Origin: Occultella glacieicola | GTDB lineage: Bacteria > Actinomycetota > Actinomycetes > Actinomycetales > Beutenbergiaceae | Length of the DNA stretch: 64,000 nt | Direction of reading: 5' to 3' | Assembly: GCF_004353825.1 (NCBI RefSeq) | Contig: NZ_SMNA01000005.1 | Location: 434,001-498,000 of the forward strand | Part shown: piece after piece, positions 1 to 9,553 of the stretch | Layout of the letters: each line of letters begins with the position of its first letter | How positions within the stretch are numbered: position 1 is the first letter of the stretch | The notes under the pieces: model-generated | What the model was told of the DNA's origin: nothing | Databases searched by the model: none | The model's input: the letters and a program-made list of their open reading frames with translations, nothing else | Translations under genes and position numbers: made by a program

Positions 1-310
1 CCGGCTCGGGCGTGGCGTCGAAGCCGATCTCGTCGAAGCCGACGTAGGCCTGGCACTCGCGGGCGAGCGCCTCCGTGAGTTCGGCGACCTTCGGGCCGGG
101 GACGATGTGCTTCCCGTCCTCGGCCACGACGGCGACCCGGTCCTCGTCGTCGGTCGCGATCGTCACGGCCACGGCGTACGGGGCCTCGGGGTCGGACTCG
201 ATCAGCGCGACCACCTGGGCGCCGTCGAGAAAGCCGTGGGCCCGGGCGGCGTGAGGGGTTCGTGCGCTGACGATCCCGGAGCGGCGGCGCCACGTCGGTG
301 TACTCGTCAT
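1..310 (-). CDS. hypothetical protein, N-terminal part (runs off the left edge; not in the ORF track)
   Basis: ATG at 310 lies 7 nt after TAGGGT (leaderless -10). The frame MTSTPTWRRRSGIVSARTPHAARAHGFLDGAQVVALIESDPEAPYAVAV... stays open to position 1 with GC3-rich codons. Confidence 0.7.
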   Translation of the reverse strand, partial: MTSTPTWRRRSGIVSARTPHAARAHGFLDGAQVVALIESDPEAPYAVAVTIATDDEDRVAVVAEDGKHIVPGPKVAELTEALARECQAYVGFDEIGFDATPEP

Positions 311-369
311 GGTCACGACCCTACCGACCGCGCGGTGTGCCGACACCCGCAACGCCGGGCCCGGCCAGG

Positions 370-1368
370 TCAGGCCGACGCGGCGTCACGGCGCTTGCGA
401 GCGACCTCGTACAGAGCGATCCCGATCGCCGTCCCGGCGTTCAGGGACTCGGTGGACGCCGCGATCGGGATCGAGACGATCAGGTCGCAGGTCTCCCTGA
501 CCAGGCGGCCCAGGCCCTTCCCCTCGGAGCCGAGCACCAGCACCAGCGGGTCGCCCGCGAGGTCCAGGTCACCGATCTCGGTGGGTCCGTCGCCGTCGAG
601 GCCGACGACGAAACAGCCGGCCTCCTTGTACATCTCCAGAGCCCTGACCAGATTCGTCGCGCGGGCGACCGGTATCCGGGCAGCGGCCCCTGCCGAGACC
701 TTCCAGGCCGACGCCGTGACCCCGGCCGCACGCCGCTGCGGGACCACGAGCCCGTCCACACCGAACGCACCGGCGCTGCGCAGGGCGGCCCCGAGGTTGC
801 GCGGGTCGGTGATGCCGTCCAGCGCGACGATCAGCGGGGTCCGCCCGTTGCCCGTGGCGAGGTCGAGGAGCGCCTCCGGTTCGGCGTAGGAGTACGCCGG
901 GACCTGGATGGCCACCCCCTGGTGCACGCCGCCGTCGGTGAGCCGGTCCAGCTCGGCCTTGGAGACCTCCAGCAGCGGCAGCGAGCGGGCGGTCACCTCG
1001 CGCAGGATGTCCCGGATCCGGTCATCGGAGTCGATCCGGCTGGACAGGTACACCGTGGAGACCGGGATGTCCGCCCGCAGCGCCTCCACCACCGAGTTCC
1101 GGCCGCCGACGATCTCGTGGCTCTTCGCACCGGACCGACCTTGCGAGCGGTTCTGGGACCTGCCCTGCCCGCCGCGGCCGCCCTTGCCGGCGTCGCGCTC
1201 GGAGGAAGCCTTCCGCTTGGCGGCCGGGTGGTAGGGCCGGTCCTCCGCCTTCGGGGTGGGCCCCCGGCCCTCGAGGGCCTGCCTGCCGTGGCCGCCGGTT
1301 CCGACCCGGGCACCCTTCTTGGAGCCCGGCTTGCGCACGGCCCCCTGACGTCGAGAGTTACCGGCCAC
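370..1368 (-). CDS. rlmB: 23S rRNA (guanosine-2251-2'-O)-methyltransferase RlmB, SpoU family
   Basis: Motifs [46 protein letters not shown]; directly downstream of cysS as usual. GTG start overlaps the cysS end (alternative start 1377). Confidence 0.95.
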   Translation of the reverse strand: MAGNSRRQGAVRKPGSKKGARVGTGGHGRQALEGRGPTPKAEDRPYHPAAKRKASSERDAGKGGRGGQGRSQNRSQGRSGAKSHEIVGGRNSVVEALRADIPVSTVYLSSRIDSDDRIRDILREVTARSLPLLEVSKAELDRLTDGGVHQGVAIQVPAYSYAEPEALLDLATGNGRTPLIVALDGITDPRNLGAALRSAGAFGVDGLVVPQRRAAGVTASAWKVSAGAAARIPVARATNLVRALEMYKEAGCFVVGLDGDGPTEIGDLDLAGDPLVLVLGSEGKGLGRLVRETCDLIVSIPIAASTESLNAGTAIGIALYEVARKRRDAASA

Positions 1369-2788
1369 CTGTGCCACCCTTCACGCTCCACCGGGCTCCG
1401 CCCGGGGAGTCCTCGACAACGATTCCCGCTGCCGTCAGTCGATCCCGCAGCGCGTCCGCACGCGCCCAGTCCTTCTCGGCCCGCGCCTGGACGCGCTCGG
1501 CGAGTACCGCCTGCACGAGGACGCCGAGCGCTTGCTCCGCTCCGCCGTCGGCCGCTTGTGCTCCCGCCCACGGCTGCGCCAACGGGTCCAGTCCGAACAC
1601 GTCCAGCATCGCCCGCACCCGGCCCTGTGCGGCGCGCACCTGCGCCTCGTCCCCGGCGGCCAGGGCGTTGTTGCCGCCGGTCACCTGCTCGTGCACGACG
1701 GCGAGCGCGGCCGAGACGTTCAGGTCGTCGTTCATCGCGGCCGCGAACGCGTCCGGCACCTCGACGCCGGCCACCTCCGCGGGCGTGAGCGCACCGACGA
1801 GCTCCACGGCCCGCTGCACGAACCCGGAGATCCGCTCCCAGGCGGCACCGGACTCGTCGAGGCTGGAGTCGGAGAACTCGAGCGTGGACCGGTAGTGCAC
1901 CGCGGCGAGCGCGTAGCGCAGCACGACCGGTTCACCCCGCTCCAGGACCGCATCGACGGTGAGGGAGTTCCCGAGCGACTTGCTCATCTTCTCCCCACCC
2001 ACGGTCACCCAGGCGTTGTGCATCCACAGGTTCGTGAAGCCCCAGCCGGCGGCCTGCGACTGGGCCTGCTCGTTCTCGTGGTGGGGGAAGCGCAGGTCGA
2101 TACCACCGCCGTGAATGTCGAAGGACTCACCGAGGTACTTGCGCGCCATCGCGGAGCACTCCACGTGCCACCCGGGGCGCCCCCGGCCCCACGGAGTGGG
2201 CCAGGAGGCGCCGTCCGGGTCCGTGTCCTTGGTGGCCTTCCAGAGGGCGAAGTCCCGCGGGTCGCGCTTGTCCGAGGCCTCCTCCTCCACGGTGGAGAGG
2301 TTCTCCAGGAGCTGCCGGGTGAGCTCGCCGTACTTGCCCCAGGAGCGCACGTCGAAGTACACGTTGCCCTCGTCGCCGACGTACGCGTGGCCGCGATCGA
2401 CGAGCAGCGCGATCAGCTCGACCATCTCGGTGACGTGCCCGGTGGCGCGCGGCTCGTACGTGGGCGGTGTGACACCGAGCGTCTCGTAGGCGCGGTTGAA
2501 CTCCCGCTCGAAGCGGTGTGCCCAGGCCCACCACGGCACCCCGGCGTCGGCGGACTTCGTGAGGATCTTGTCGTCGATGTCGGTGACGTTGCGCACCAGG
2601 GTCACGTCCTCGCCGTTGCGGCGCAGCCACCGGAGGAGGATGTCGAACGCGATCGCCGAGCGCAGGTGCCCGATGTGCGGCGCGCCCTGCACCGTGGCGC
2701 CACACAGGTAGATGCCGACCCGCCCGGGTTCACGGGGGACGAAGTCGCGCACCTCACGGGTGGCCGAGTCATACAGGCGCATGGTCAC
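1358..2788 (-). CDS. cysS: cysteine--tRNA ligase
   Basis: [13 protein letters not shown] (HIGH), [44 protein letters not shown] 6 nt upstream of GTG 2788 suggests a leaderless start. Confidence 0.98.
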   Translation of the reverse strand: MTMRLYDSATREVRDFVPREPGRVGIYLCGATVQGAPHIGHLRSAIAFDILLRWLRRNGEDVTLVRNVTDIDDKILTKSADAGVPWWAWAHRFEREFNRAYETLGVTPPTYEPRATGHVTEMVELIALLVDRGHAYVGDEGNVYFDVRSWGKYGELTRQLLENLSTVEEEASDKRDPRDFALWKATKDTDPDGASWPTPWGRGRPGWHVECSAMARKYLGESFDIHGGGIDLRFPHHENEQAQSQAAGWGFTNLWMHNAWVTVGGEKMSKSLGNSLTVDAVLERGEPVVLRYALAAVHYRSTLEFSDSSLDESGAAWERISGFVQRAVELVGALTPAEVAGVEVPDAFAAAMNDDLNVSAALAVVHEQVTGGNNALAAGDEAQVRAAQGRVRAMLDVFGLDPLAQPWAGAQAADGGAEQALGVLVQAVLAERVQARAEKDWARADALRDRLTAAGIVVEDSPGGARWSVKGGTGGR

Positions 2789-2848
2789 CACGGGAGTTTA
2801 TCGGCCACCCGTCGCTGCGGGCACCCGCGCTCGCCCGTGAGGAAGTCG

Positions 2849-2896
2849 CCGACGCCCCGAGGCAGCCCTCACGTGAGGGCTTCCTCGAGGCGTCGG
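2849..2896. repeat. 48-bp near-perfect palindrome, possible terminator
   Basis: CCGACGCC-c-CGAGG-c-AGCCCTCACGTGAGGGCT-t-CCTCG-a-GGCGTCGG, downstream of the FAH-family gene and upstream of cysS. Confidence 0.6.
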
Positions 2897-2996
2897 GGAC
2901 GGACAAGGCGGTCGACGGCGGGGGCCGGGTCGGGCGCCCTCCTCCCGGTGGCCGGAGCGCGGGGTCGGGCGCCCGGCTCCCGGCGGCGGGACCTGC

Positions 2997-3857
2997 TCAG
3001 GGGGCGGCGATCACGTCCTGGCGCTGGGAGCCGAGACCCTCGACGCCGAGCTCGACGACGTCACCGGGGGCGAGCCACTCCTGCGGGGACTTGCCCATGC
3101 CGACGCCGGCGGGGGTGCCGGTGTTGATCAGGTCGCCCGGCTCGAGCACCATGAACTGGCTCAGGTAGTGCACGATGAACGTGGGCGAGAAGATCATGTC
3201 CTTCGTGGAGCCGTCCTGCTTGGGCTCGCCGTTCACGGTCAGCCACAGGCGCAGGTTCCGCACGTCGCCCGCCTCCTCCGGGGTCACCAGGTAGGGGCCC
3301 GCCGGGTTGAAGGTCTCGGCGGACTTACCCTTGGACCACTGGCCGCCGCGCTCGATCTGGAAGGCGCGCTCGGACACGTCGTGGGCCGTGAGGTACCCGC
3401 CGATCACGGCCTCGGCGGCGGCCTCGTCCTGGAGGTAGCGCGCGCGGGCGCCGATCACGATGCCGAGTTCCACCTCCCAGTCCGTCTTCTCCGAACCGCG
3501 CGGGATGTGCACGGTGTCGTTGGGGCCGACGAGCGTGTTCGGGGACTTCGTGAACAGCACCGGCTCGTCCGGGGCGGCGGCGCCCGACTCGGCGGCATGG
3601 TCGGCGTAGTTGAGACCGATGCACAGGATCTGGTGCGGCCGGGCGATCGGCGCACCGACGCGTTGGCTGCCGAGATCGGCCACCTGGCCGGCAGCCACCC
3701 GCTCGGCCACCACCGGGGCCAGCGCCGCCGGTCCACCGCCGGCCCAGAACGCGGCGTCCACGTCGCCGATCACGTCGGACACGTCGACGTAACGACCCTC
3801 CTCGACGAGCACGGCCGCCCGCTCCGCTCCGAACTCTCCGACTCGCAACAACTTCAT
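2997..3857 (-). CDS. fumarylacetoacetate hydrolase family protein
   Basis: CIGLNYADHAAE, DWEVELGIVIG, HDVSERAFQ, WSKGKS, GDLINTGTPAGVG. Confidence 0.93.
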   Translation of the reverse strand: MKLLRVGEFGAERAAVLVEEGRYVDVSDVIGDVDAAFWAGGGPAALAPVVAERVAAGQVADLGSQRVGAPIARPHQILCIGLNYADHAAESGAAAPDEPVLFTKSPNTLVGPNDTVHIPRGSEKTDWEVELGIVIGARARYLQDEAAAEAVIGGYLTAHDVSERAFQIERGGQWSKGKSAETFNPAGPYLVTPEEAGDVRNLRLWLTVNGEPKQDGSTKDMIFSPTFIVHYLSQFMVLEPGDLINTGTPAGVGMGKSPQEWLAPGDVVELGVEGLGSQRQDVIAAP

Positions 3858-4253
3858 TGTCTCTCGCCTCTCGTGGGATGCCCGGGCCCGGGCACGGCTG
3901 GGACGTCCACCGACTCCGATCAGGCCGAGTCTAGGAGTGCCCGGACGGCGCCGGCGTCGGCGGCCGGTGGGCGAGACGCGCCGAGCTCCCGCCTCGGTGT
4001 GACGACGTCGGGCGGTCTACCCACGCGACCCCCTGATGTGAGACGGTAACGGCGGGCGAACTTCTGGCGAACCTATCCCGAACCGTGAGATGCAACGTAG
4101 CCACTCCGATAGCAGCACCAATAGCCTTCCTAGCGGGCTCACATCCGGGGGCAACCGAGTCCATCGGCTGCCGTCGGTCCAGGAGCGCCCGACTGCTCCA
4201 TCCGAATGGCATCGCCCGGCGACGCGCGATGTGCGACGAACCAAGGAGATTCG

Positions 4254-5225
4254 ATGAAACGCCTCACCGCCGTCCTGGCATCCGTCAGCCTCGCCGCCGC
4301 CGGCCTGGCCGTCACCGCCACCGCCGCCTCGGCCGCCCTCACCACCCGGTGTGTGGGCGAGGCCGGTGCGGTCACCGTTCCCGGTGACCTCGTCGTTCCG
4401 GCAGACAAGACCTGTGTGCTGACCGGCACCACGATCGACGGTCGCGTCCGACTGCAGCCCGGCTCGAACCTGATCATCACCGACGGCACGATCACCGGTG
4501 CCGTCGTGCTGAACGCGGACAGCTACTTCGATGCGGTCGGCACCTCGGTCGCCGGCAACATCAACAACCGTGACGGCTACGGCGTCTACCTCGAGGACTC
4601 AACGGTCGCCGGCGCTTACGTCGGCCAGGCCGGCGAGTCGGAGAACCCGTTCTTCTACGCCGTCGGTGCGCAGGTCGACCGCCGCGTGGAGGCCGCCCAG
4701 GGCGCGATCTACCTGGAGAGCACCCAGGTCGGCGGCGCGGTCAGCACGACCGGCACCGAGTACACCGACGTGGTCGACTCCACTCTGCTGTCCAGCCTGA
4801 CGGTGTCCGGCAACGCCGCGGGCACCACGCTGTGCGGCTCGGAGGTCGACGGTGACGTCACCTACACCGAGAACGGTGGCGTGCAGGTCGGCACCGGTTC
4901 GTCGATCGCGGCCTGCGAGGACGTGACCTACATCGGGGGCAGCCTGAACGCCTCCAACAACACCGTCGGCGTTGCGGTCAACGAGACGATCATCCGCGGT
5001 GACCTCGGTGGCGAGGGTAACGACCCGGCTCCCACGGGCGCCGACAACCGCGTCCGCGGTGAGATCTCCGGTCAGTTCGTCGACCTGGCCCCCGCCGAGC
5101 AGCAGCCGCAGGCCCGCACGTTCGGCGCCGAGGTGTCGAACGAGCAGCAGCTCCTCGACAGCATCGAGCAGCGTCGCACCGCCGGTGAGGCCGAGGCCGC
5201 CGCGGACGGTCCGGCCAACCTCTGA
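4254..5225 (+). CDS. secreted hypothetical protein, probable beta-solenoid
   Basis: AAGGAG RBS; Sec-type signal MKRLTAVLASVSLAAAGLAVTATAASAA; repeated beta-type units (TTIDGRV, TITGAVV, SVAGNIN, QVGGAVS, EVDGDVT, YIGGSLN, IIRGDLG). Confidence 0.8.
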   Translation: MKRLTAVLASVSLAAAGLAVTATAASAALTTRCVGEAGAVTVPGDLVVPADKTCVLTGTTIDGRVRLQPGSNLIITDGTITGAVVLNADSYFDAVGTSVAGNINNRDGYGVYLEDSTVAGAYVGQAGESENPFFYAVGAQVDRRVEAAQGAIYLESTQVGGAVSTTGTEYTDVVDSTLLSSLTVSGNAAGTTLCGSEVDGDVTYTENGGVQVGTGSSIAACEDVTYIGGSLNASNNTVGVAVNETIIRGDLGGEGNDPAPTGADNRVRGEISGQFVDLAPAEQQPQARTFGAEVSNEQQLLDSIEQRRTAGEAEAAADGPANL

Positions 5226-5316
5226 GTCACCAGCACCACCCAGGTTCATCCCGGACGCCCGGGTGTCGGCCCACCGGCCGGCGCCCGGGCGTTCGTCGTC
5301 CCTGCCCTCACCCACG

Positions 5317-5392
5317 CGCTGAGATAGGACCCGCCGCTTCGAGATCGGCCACGCCGAAGGGCGATCTCGAGGCGGCGGGTCCTATCTCGGCG
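5317..5392 (+). repeat. intergenic hairpin repeat, copy A
   Basis: CGCTGAGATAGGACCCGCCGCTTCGAGATCG-gccacgccgaaggg-CGATCTCGAGGCGGCGGGTCCTATCTCGGCG; alignable by eye to 14578-14651 and to the reverse complement of 54912-54987. Confidence 0.85.
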
Positions 5393-5409
5393 GGGCGAGG
5401 ACGGCCCAG

Positions 5410-6594
5410 TCAGCGCTGGGGGAACTCGGCGGCGAGCGCACGCACGGCGTCCTCGTCGACCGTCACCCCCAGTCCGGGGGCGGTGGGCAGGGCGACGCGG
5501 CCGGCGGTGACGGCACCCTCGGCCATGAAGTCCGCGGCCATGAGCGGCTCGGACTTGACCGCCGTGTGCGGCCCGTACTCCATCGCCGCCAGCGACTCGG
5601 CGGCGCCGCTGACCTGCAGCCCGGCGGCGTAGGCCAGCGAGGTGGCCATCGAGTGGTGCGGGGCGATCGGCACGTAGTTCGCCGCCGTGACGCCCGCGAT
5701 CGCGAAACCCTCGCTGATGCCGGTGCGGCCGATGTCCGGCTGGGCGATCCCGACGGCCCGCCGCGAGCCCCACTCGGCGAACTCGAACCGGTGCCGCATC
5801 GCCTCGCCCACCGCCACCGGAGTGGCGAGGTCCTGGGCGAGCAGCTCGTGGCCGCGCAGGTCCTCGGGCGCCAGCGGCGCCTCGAAGAACCAGATCCCCC
5901 GGGCGTCCAGCGCCCGGCCGAGCGAACGGGCCGGGCCGAGCTGGTGTACCCAGTGGGCGTCCACCGCCACCCGGGGCGCGGGGCGGTCGCCGGCCGGCTC
6001 GCCCGCGAGCGCCTCCAGGACGGCGTCCACGGTGGCCAGTACGGTGTGCGGGTCCATGGTCAGGTGCAGTTTCATGGCGTCGAAGCCGGCCCGGTGCGCG
6101 GCGACGGCGTGCTCCGCCTTCTCCGACGGCGTCGCACCGCCGACCGTGGTCAGGTACAGCGGGATCTCGGTCCGGTAGGCACCGCCGAGCAGGGTGTGCA
6201 CCGGCAGCCCGTGGATCTGGCCGGTCAGGTCCCAGAGTGCGATGTCCAGGCCGGCGACGGCGTCGGCGTGGTGGCCGTTGAGGTGGCCGCGCTCGCGCAT
6301 GCTCTCCTGGAGGCGGAACGCGGTGGGCCGGGGCCCGTCGAGCTCGGTGCCGACCAGCAACGGGGCGAACACCTCGTTGATGATGACGGCGGGGGCCTCC
6401 GGGGCCACGGGCGCAAGGGCCTCACCCCAGCCGACGTGGTCGGCCGTGGCGATCCGCACGAGCACCGTCTCGTCGCGCGCCGGGTAGACGCTGCGGACGT
6501 TCGGAGCGGCCCGGTAGCGCGCTCCCCCGGCATCGCGACCGGGGGCCACGGGCAGCTGCAGCGGGAACGCCTCGACGGACGTGATGGTGGACAT
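5410..6594 (-). CDS. mandelate racemase/muconate lactonizing (enolase superfamily) enzyme, probable sugar-acid dehydratase
   Basis: GWGEA, AGLDIALWDL.G...GLPVHTLLGG, metal ligands in VDAH / FEAP / GEA, QPDIGRTG, C-terminal PTAPGLGV. Confidence 0.9.
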   Translation of the reverse strand: MSTITSVEAFPLQLPVAPGRDAGGARYRAAPNVRSVYPARDETVLVRIATADHVGWGEALAPVAPEAPAVIINEVFAPLLVGTELDGPRPTAFRLQESMRERGHLNGHHADAVAGLDIALWDLTGQIHGLPVHTLLGGAYRTEIPLYLTTVGGATPSEKAEHAVAAHRAGFDAMKLHLTMDPHTVLATVDAVLEALAGEPAGDRPAPRVAVDAHWVHQLGPARSLGRALDARGIWFFEAPLAPEDLRGHELLAQDLATPVAVGEAMRHRFEFAEWGSRRAVGIAQPDIGRTGISEGFAIAGVTAANYVPIAPHHSMATSLAYAAGLQVSGAAESLAAMEYGPHTAVKSEPLMAADFMAEGAVTAGRVALPTAPGLGVTVDEDAVRALAAEFPQR

Positions 6595-6675
6595 CGGGGT
6601 GACGACCTTTCTGGCGATGGTGGGCGGCACCTGGTGGTGGCCGATACGGGTAGCCGGTCGCAGTGCCGGCCGGCA

Positions 6676-7551
6676 CTAGTGCGGCGGTTGACCGCGGAAC
6701 GGCGCGGCCGGCGGCGCGGACACGCCGACCTCCGCGGCGAGGATGCGGCCGCTGTCCGGCGGGACCGGATCGAGGCCGACCCGCGCGGTCGTGATGAACA
6801 GGACGCCGTCGGCGATGGTGACGGCGCTGGGCCGCGGTACGCCGGTCTCGACGACCGCCACCACCTCCCCGTCCGGCGAGATGCGCCGCACCTCGGCCGC
6901 GTCCCACATCGCCACCCAGATGCAGCCCTCGTCGTCGACGACCAGGCCGTCCGGATTCCCGCCGGTCAGGGTGGCGACGGTTCGGCGCCCGGTGATCCGG
7001 TCGCCGTAGACGTCGAACGCCTCCAGGCGCCGATGCGGGAGGGTGTCGATGTAGTACAGCGTCGCGCCGTCCGGGCTGAACCCGATCCCGTTGGACACCG
7101 TGACGCCGCTCAGCACCGTGGTCACGGCGAGGTCGGGACCGACCCGGTACAGCGCCGACGTCGGTTCCCGCGGGACGGACTGGGTGCCGACCCAGAACGC
7201 GCCGTCGGGCGCGCAGACGCCGTCGTTGAGGAACCGGCCCACGCCGTCGCCGACGCCGTCCACCCACACGGAACGGCCGCCGTCGGGCGTGACGTGCCAG
7301 AGCCTCTGGCCGCCCGCGACCGCCCAGCCCGCGCGCCCGGCGACCAGGGGGGCGCCCACGCCGATGCGGGAGCCGAGCTCGGCGAGGTCGGCCGTGAACG
7401 ACTCGGTCAGGACCGTGCCGTCGAAGGCGCCGGAGTGGAACGTGCCACGGTGCATGTCGACCCAGATCAGGTCGCCGGTCCGGGGATCGACCCGGATCGA
7501 CTCGCCCTGCTGGTAGGTCTGCGTGCTGACCGGTTCAGCTCTTGACCGCAC
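6676..7551 (-). CDS. SMP-30/gluconolactonase/LRE family protein
   Basis: GESIR, WVDM, NDGVCAPDG, SNGIGFSPDG, GNPDGLVVDDEGCIWVA. Confidence 0.92.
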   Translation of the reverse strand: MRSRAEPVSTQTYQQGESIRVDPRTGDLIWVDMHRGTFHSGAFDGTVLTESFTADLAELGSRIGVGAPLVAGRAGWAVAGGQRLWHVTPDGGRSVWVDGVGDGVGRFLNDGVCAPDGAFWVGTQSVPREPTSALYRVGPDLAVTTVLSGVTVSNGIGFSPDGATLYYIDTLPHRRLEAFDVYGDRITGRRTVATLTGGNPDGLVVDDEGCIWVAMWDAAEVRRISPDGEVVAVVETGVPRPSAVTIADGVLFITTARVGLDPVPPDSGRILAAEVGVSAPPAAPFRGQPPH

Positions 7552-8479
7552 CGGCGATGCCCTCCACGAACGAGCGCTGCAGGAAAAGGAACACGATGAC
7601 GATCGGGATGATCGCGATCGAGGCGCCCGCGGCCAGGCCGGTCCAGTCGGTGGTGTCGGTGCCGAAGAAGTTGTACATGCCGACGCCGAGGGTGCGCAGT
7701 TCGGGCCGGCCGAGGGTGAACACCAACGGGATGAAGAAGGAGTTCCACGCCCCGATGAAGTTCATCAGCACCACGGTGCCGGTGACCGGCTTGGCGAGTG
7801 GCAGCATCACCGAACGGAACGTACGCAGGTACCCGGCGCCGTCGACCCGGGCGGCCTCGCCGAGCTCGTTCGGGATCCCCGAGAAGAACCCGACGTACAA
7901 CAGCACCGGGACCACCAGTCCGGGGGCAGCCTGCGCGATCGCGGCGCCGAGCAGTCCGTCCTGGAGCCCGAGCGCGTTCACCAGCTGGAACACCGGGATG
8001 ATCGTGTAGCCGTGCGGGATGAACATCGCCGCGACCAGGACGCCCATCACGATCTTGCGGCCGGGGAGGGTCTTCTCGCGCAGTGCGTACCCGGCCAGGG
8101 ATGCCACGAGCACCTGGATCACGACGACCGCGATCGCGAACGTCAGCGTGTTTCCCGTGTACTCGCCGAAGCGGCCGGTGGTCCAGGCCCGGACGAAGTT
8201 GTCGAGCGTCCATTCGTTCGGCCACAGCCCGATCCCGCCGAGCAGCATCTCCGCGGGGGTCTTGAACGCGGCGGTCACCATCCACAGGAACGGGTAGATC
8301 CAGATGAAGCAGAACGGGATCAGGAACAGGTGCCACCAGCGCATCCGGCGGGACTGGCCGCTGACCCGGTTGCGCCCGCGCCTCGGCGATCCGGGCGGCG
8401 GGCCCGCCTCACCGGCGACCTGCGAGGCGGCGTCGACCCCGGCCTGAGCCCCGGCCCCTGGGGTGATCAGGGCACTCAT
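7535..8479 (-). CDS. carbohydrate ABC transporter permease (MalG-like)
   Basis: EAA loop ELGEAARVDGAG, multiple TM segments; ATG 8479 overlaps the upstream TGA (ATGA). Confidence 0.93.
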   Translation of the reverse strand: MSALITPGAGAQAGVDAASQVAGEAGPPPGSPRRGRNRVSGQSRRMRWWHLFLIPFCFIWIYPFLWMVTAAFKTPAEMLLGGIGLWPNEWTLDNFVRAWTTGRFGEYTGNTLTFAIAVVVIQVLVASLAGYALREKTLPGRKIVMGVLVAAMFIPHGYTIIPVFQLVNALGLQDGLLGAAIAQAAPGLVVPVLLYVGFFSGIPNELGEAARVDGAGYLRTFRSVMLPLAKPVTGTVVLMNFIGAWNSFFIPLVFTLGRPELRTLGVGMYNFFGTDTTDWTGLAAGASIAIIPIVIVFLFLQRSFVEGIAGAVKS

Positions 8480-9432
8480 TGGGCACTCCTCTTCAGCCGG
8501 CCGGCCAGGAGCGGACCCTGGAGCAGCGTGATGATCAGGGTGAACACGCCGAAGATGACCCCGACGGCACACGCGAAGCCGTACCGCGGGGCGGCGATGT
8601 TCGCATCGAAGGCGTACCGGTAGATGTACGTCGGCAGCACGTCGGTGGAGAACACGGGCCCACCGCCGGTGACCGCCTGGACCAGATCGAACGTGTTCAG
8701 GCTGCGCTGGAAGGTGAGCAGCAGGATCACCACGGCGATCGGCATGATCACCGGCACCGTGATGTTCGCCAACTGCTGGCGGGCACCGGCGCCGTCGAGC
8801 TTCGCGGCCTCGTAGAGGTCCTTCGGGACGGTCTGCAGCGCGGCCAGCCAGTAGATCAGGGTGATCCCGAAGCCCTTCCAGATGTCCACCACGACCAGGG
8901 TCGGTAGGGCGATGTCCGGGTTGCCGAGGAAGTTGATCGGGCGGTCCACGAAGCCGATCGTGAGCAGCACCTCGTTGACCACCCCGCCCACCGGTGCCAG
9001 CAGCACCGCGATGACCAGGCCGATGACCGCCGTCGTGGAGACCACCGGGAGGAAGATCGCGAGCCGGTAGAAGGTGCGGCCCCGCAGCAGCGTGTTGTTC
9101 AGCAGCATCGCGAGACAGAGCGCGGCCGGGAGTTCGACGAACAGGGCACCGAGGGAGAAGAAGAACGAGTTCCAGAACGCGTTCCAGAAAGCGCTCGAGT
9201 TCAGGGCCTCGCGGAAGTTGTCCAGACCGACGAACACCTCCGGCGGGCCCACACCGTCCCAGTCGAAGAACGCGTAACCCCAGGAGGCGATGATCGGCCA
9301 CAGGCTGAACGCCGTGAACAGGACCACGAGCGGCACCAGGAAGAGCCAGCCCCAGAGCACCGCCTGACGTCGGGCGCGGGTCTTCGAGGGCGCCCTCGGC
9401 TTCGTGGGCGCCTTCATCACGGCCGTGGTCAT
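8476..9432 (-). CDS. carbohydrate ABC transporter permease (MalF-like)
   Basis: FVGLDNF, LYEAAKLDGAG, VTGGGP; GGAGG RBS. Confidence 0.94.
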   Translation of the reverse strand: MTTAVMKAPTKPRAPSKTRARRQAVLWGWLFLVPLVVLFTAFSLWPIIASWGYAFFDWDGVGPPEVFVGLDNFREALNSSAFWNAFWNSFFFSLGALFVELPAALCLAMLLNNTLLRGRTFYRLAIFLPVVSTTAVIGLVIAVLLAPVGGVVNEVLLTIGFVDRPINFLGNPDIALPTLVVVDIWKGFGITLIYWLAALQTVPKDLYEAAKLDGAGARQQLANITVPVIMPIAVVILLLTFQRSLNTFDLVQAVTGGGPVFSTDVLPTYIYRYAFDANIAAPRYGFACAVGVIFGVFTLIITLLQGPLLAGRLKRSAQ

Positions 9433-9553
9433 CTCTGCACCTCCATCGTCTTGGCGGAGCGCCGCCGCGGACCTTCCGCGGGCGGGGTCGGGACGGGCCG
9501 GACGGCCCGCGACTCCCGGCGGGAGCCTACGGGCCGTCCGTGCGAGCCGTGCC

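Noticed and set aside
7535..9301. 588-aa permease as called in the ORF track
   Set aside because: The N-terminal extension overlaps the upstream permease; the coupled ATG at 8479 is the credible start. The same applies to 31293-33656, 60070-61275, 60972-62414 and 61925-63829.
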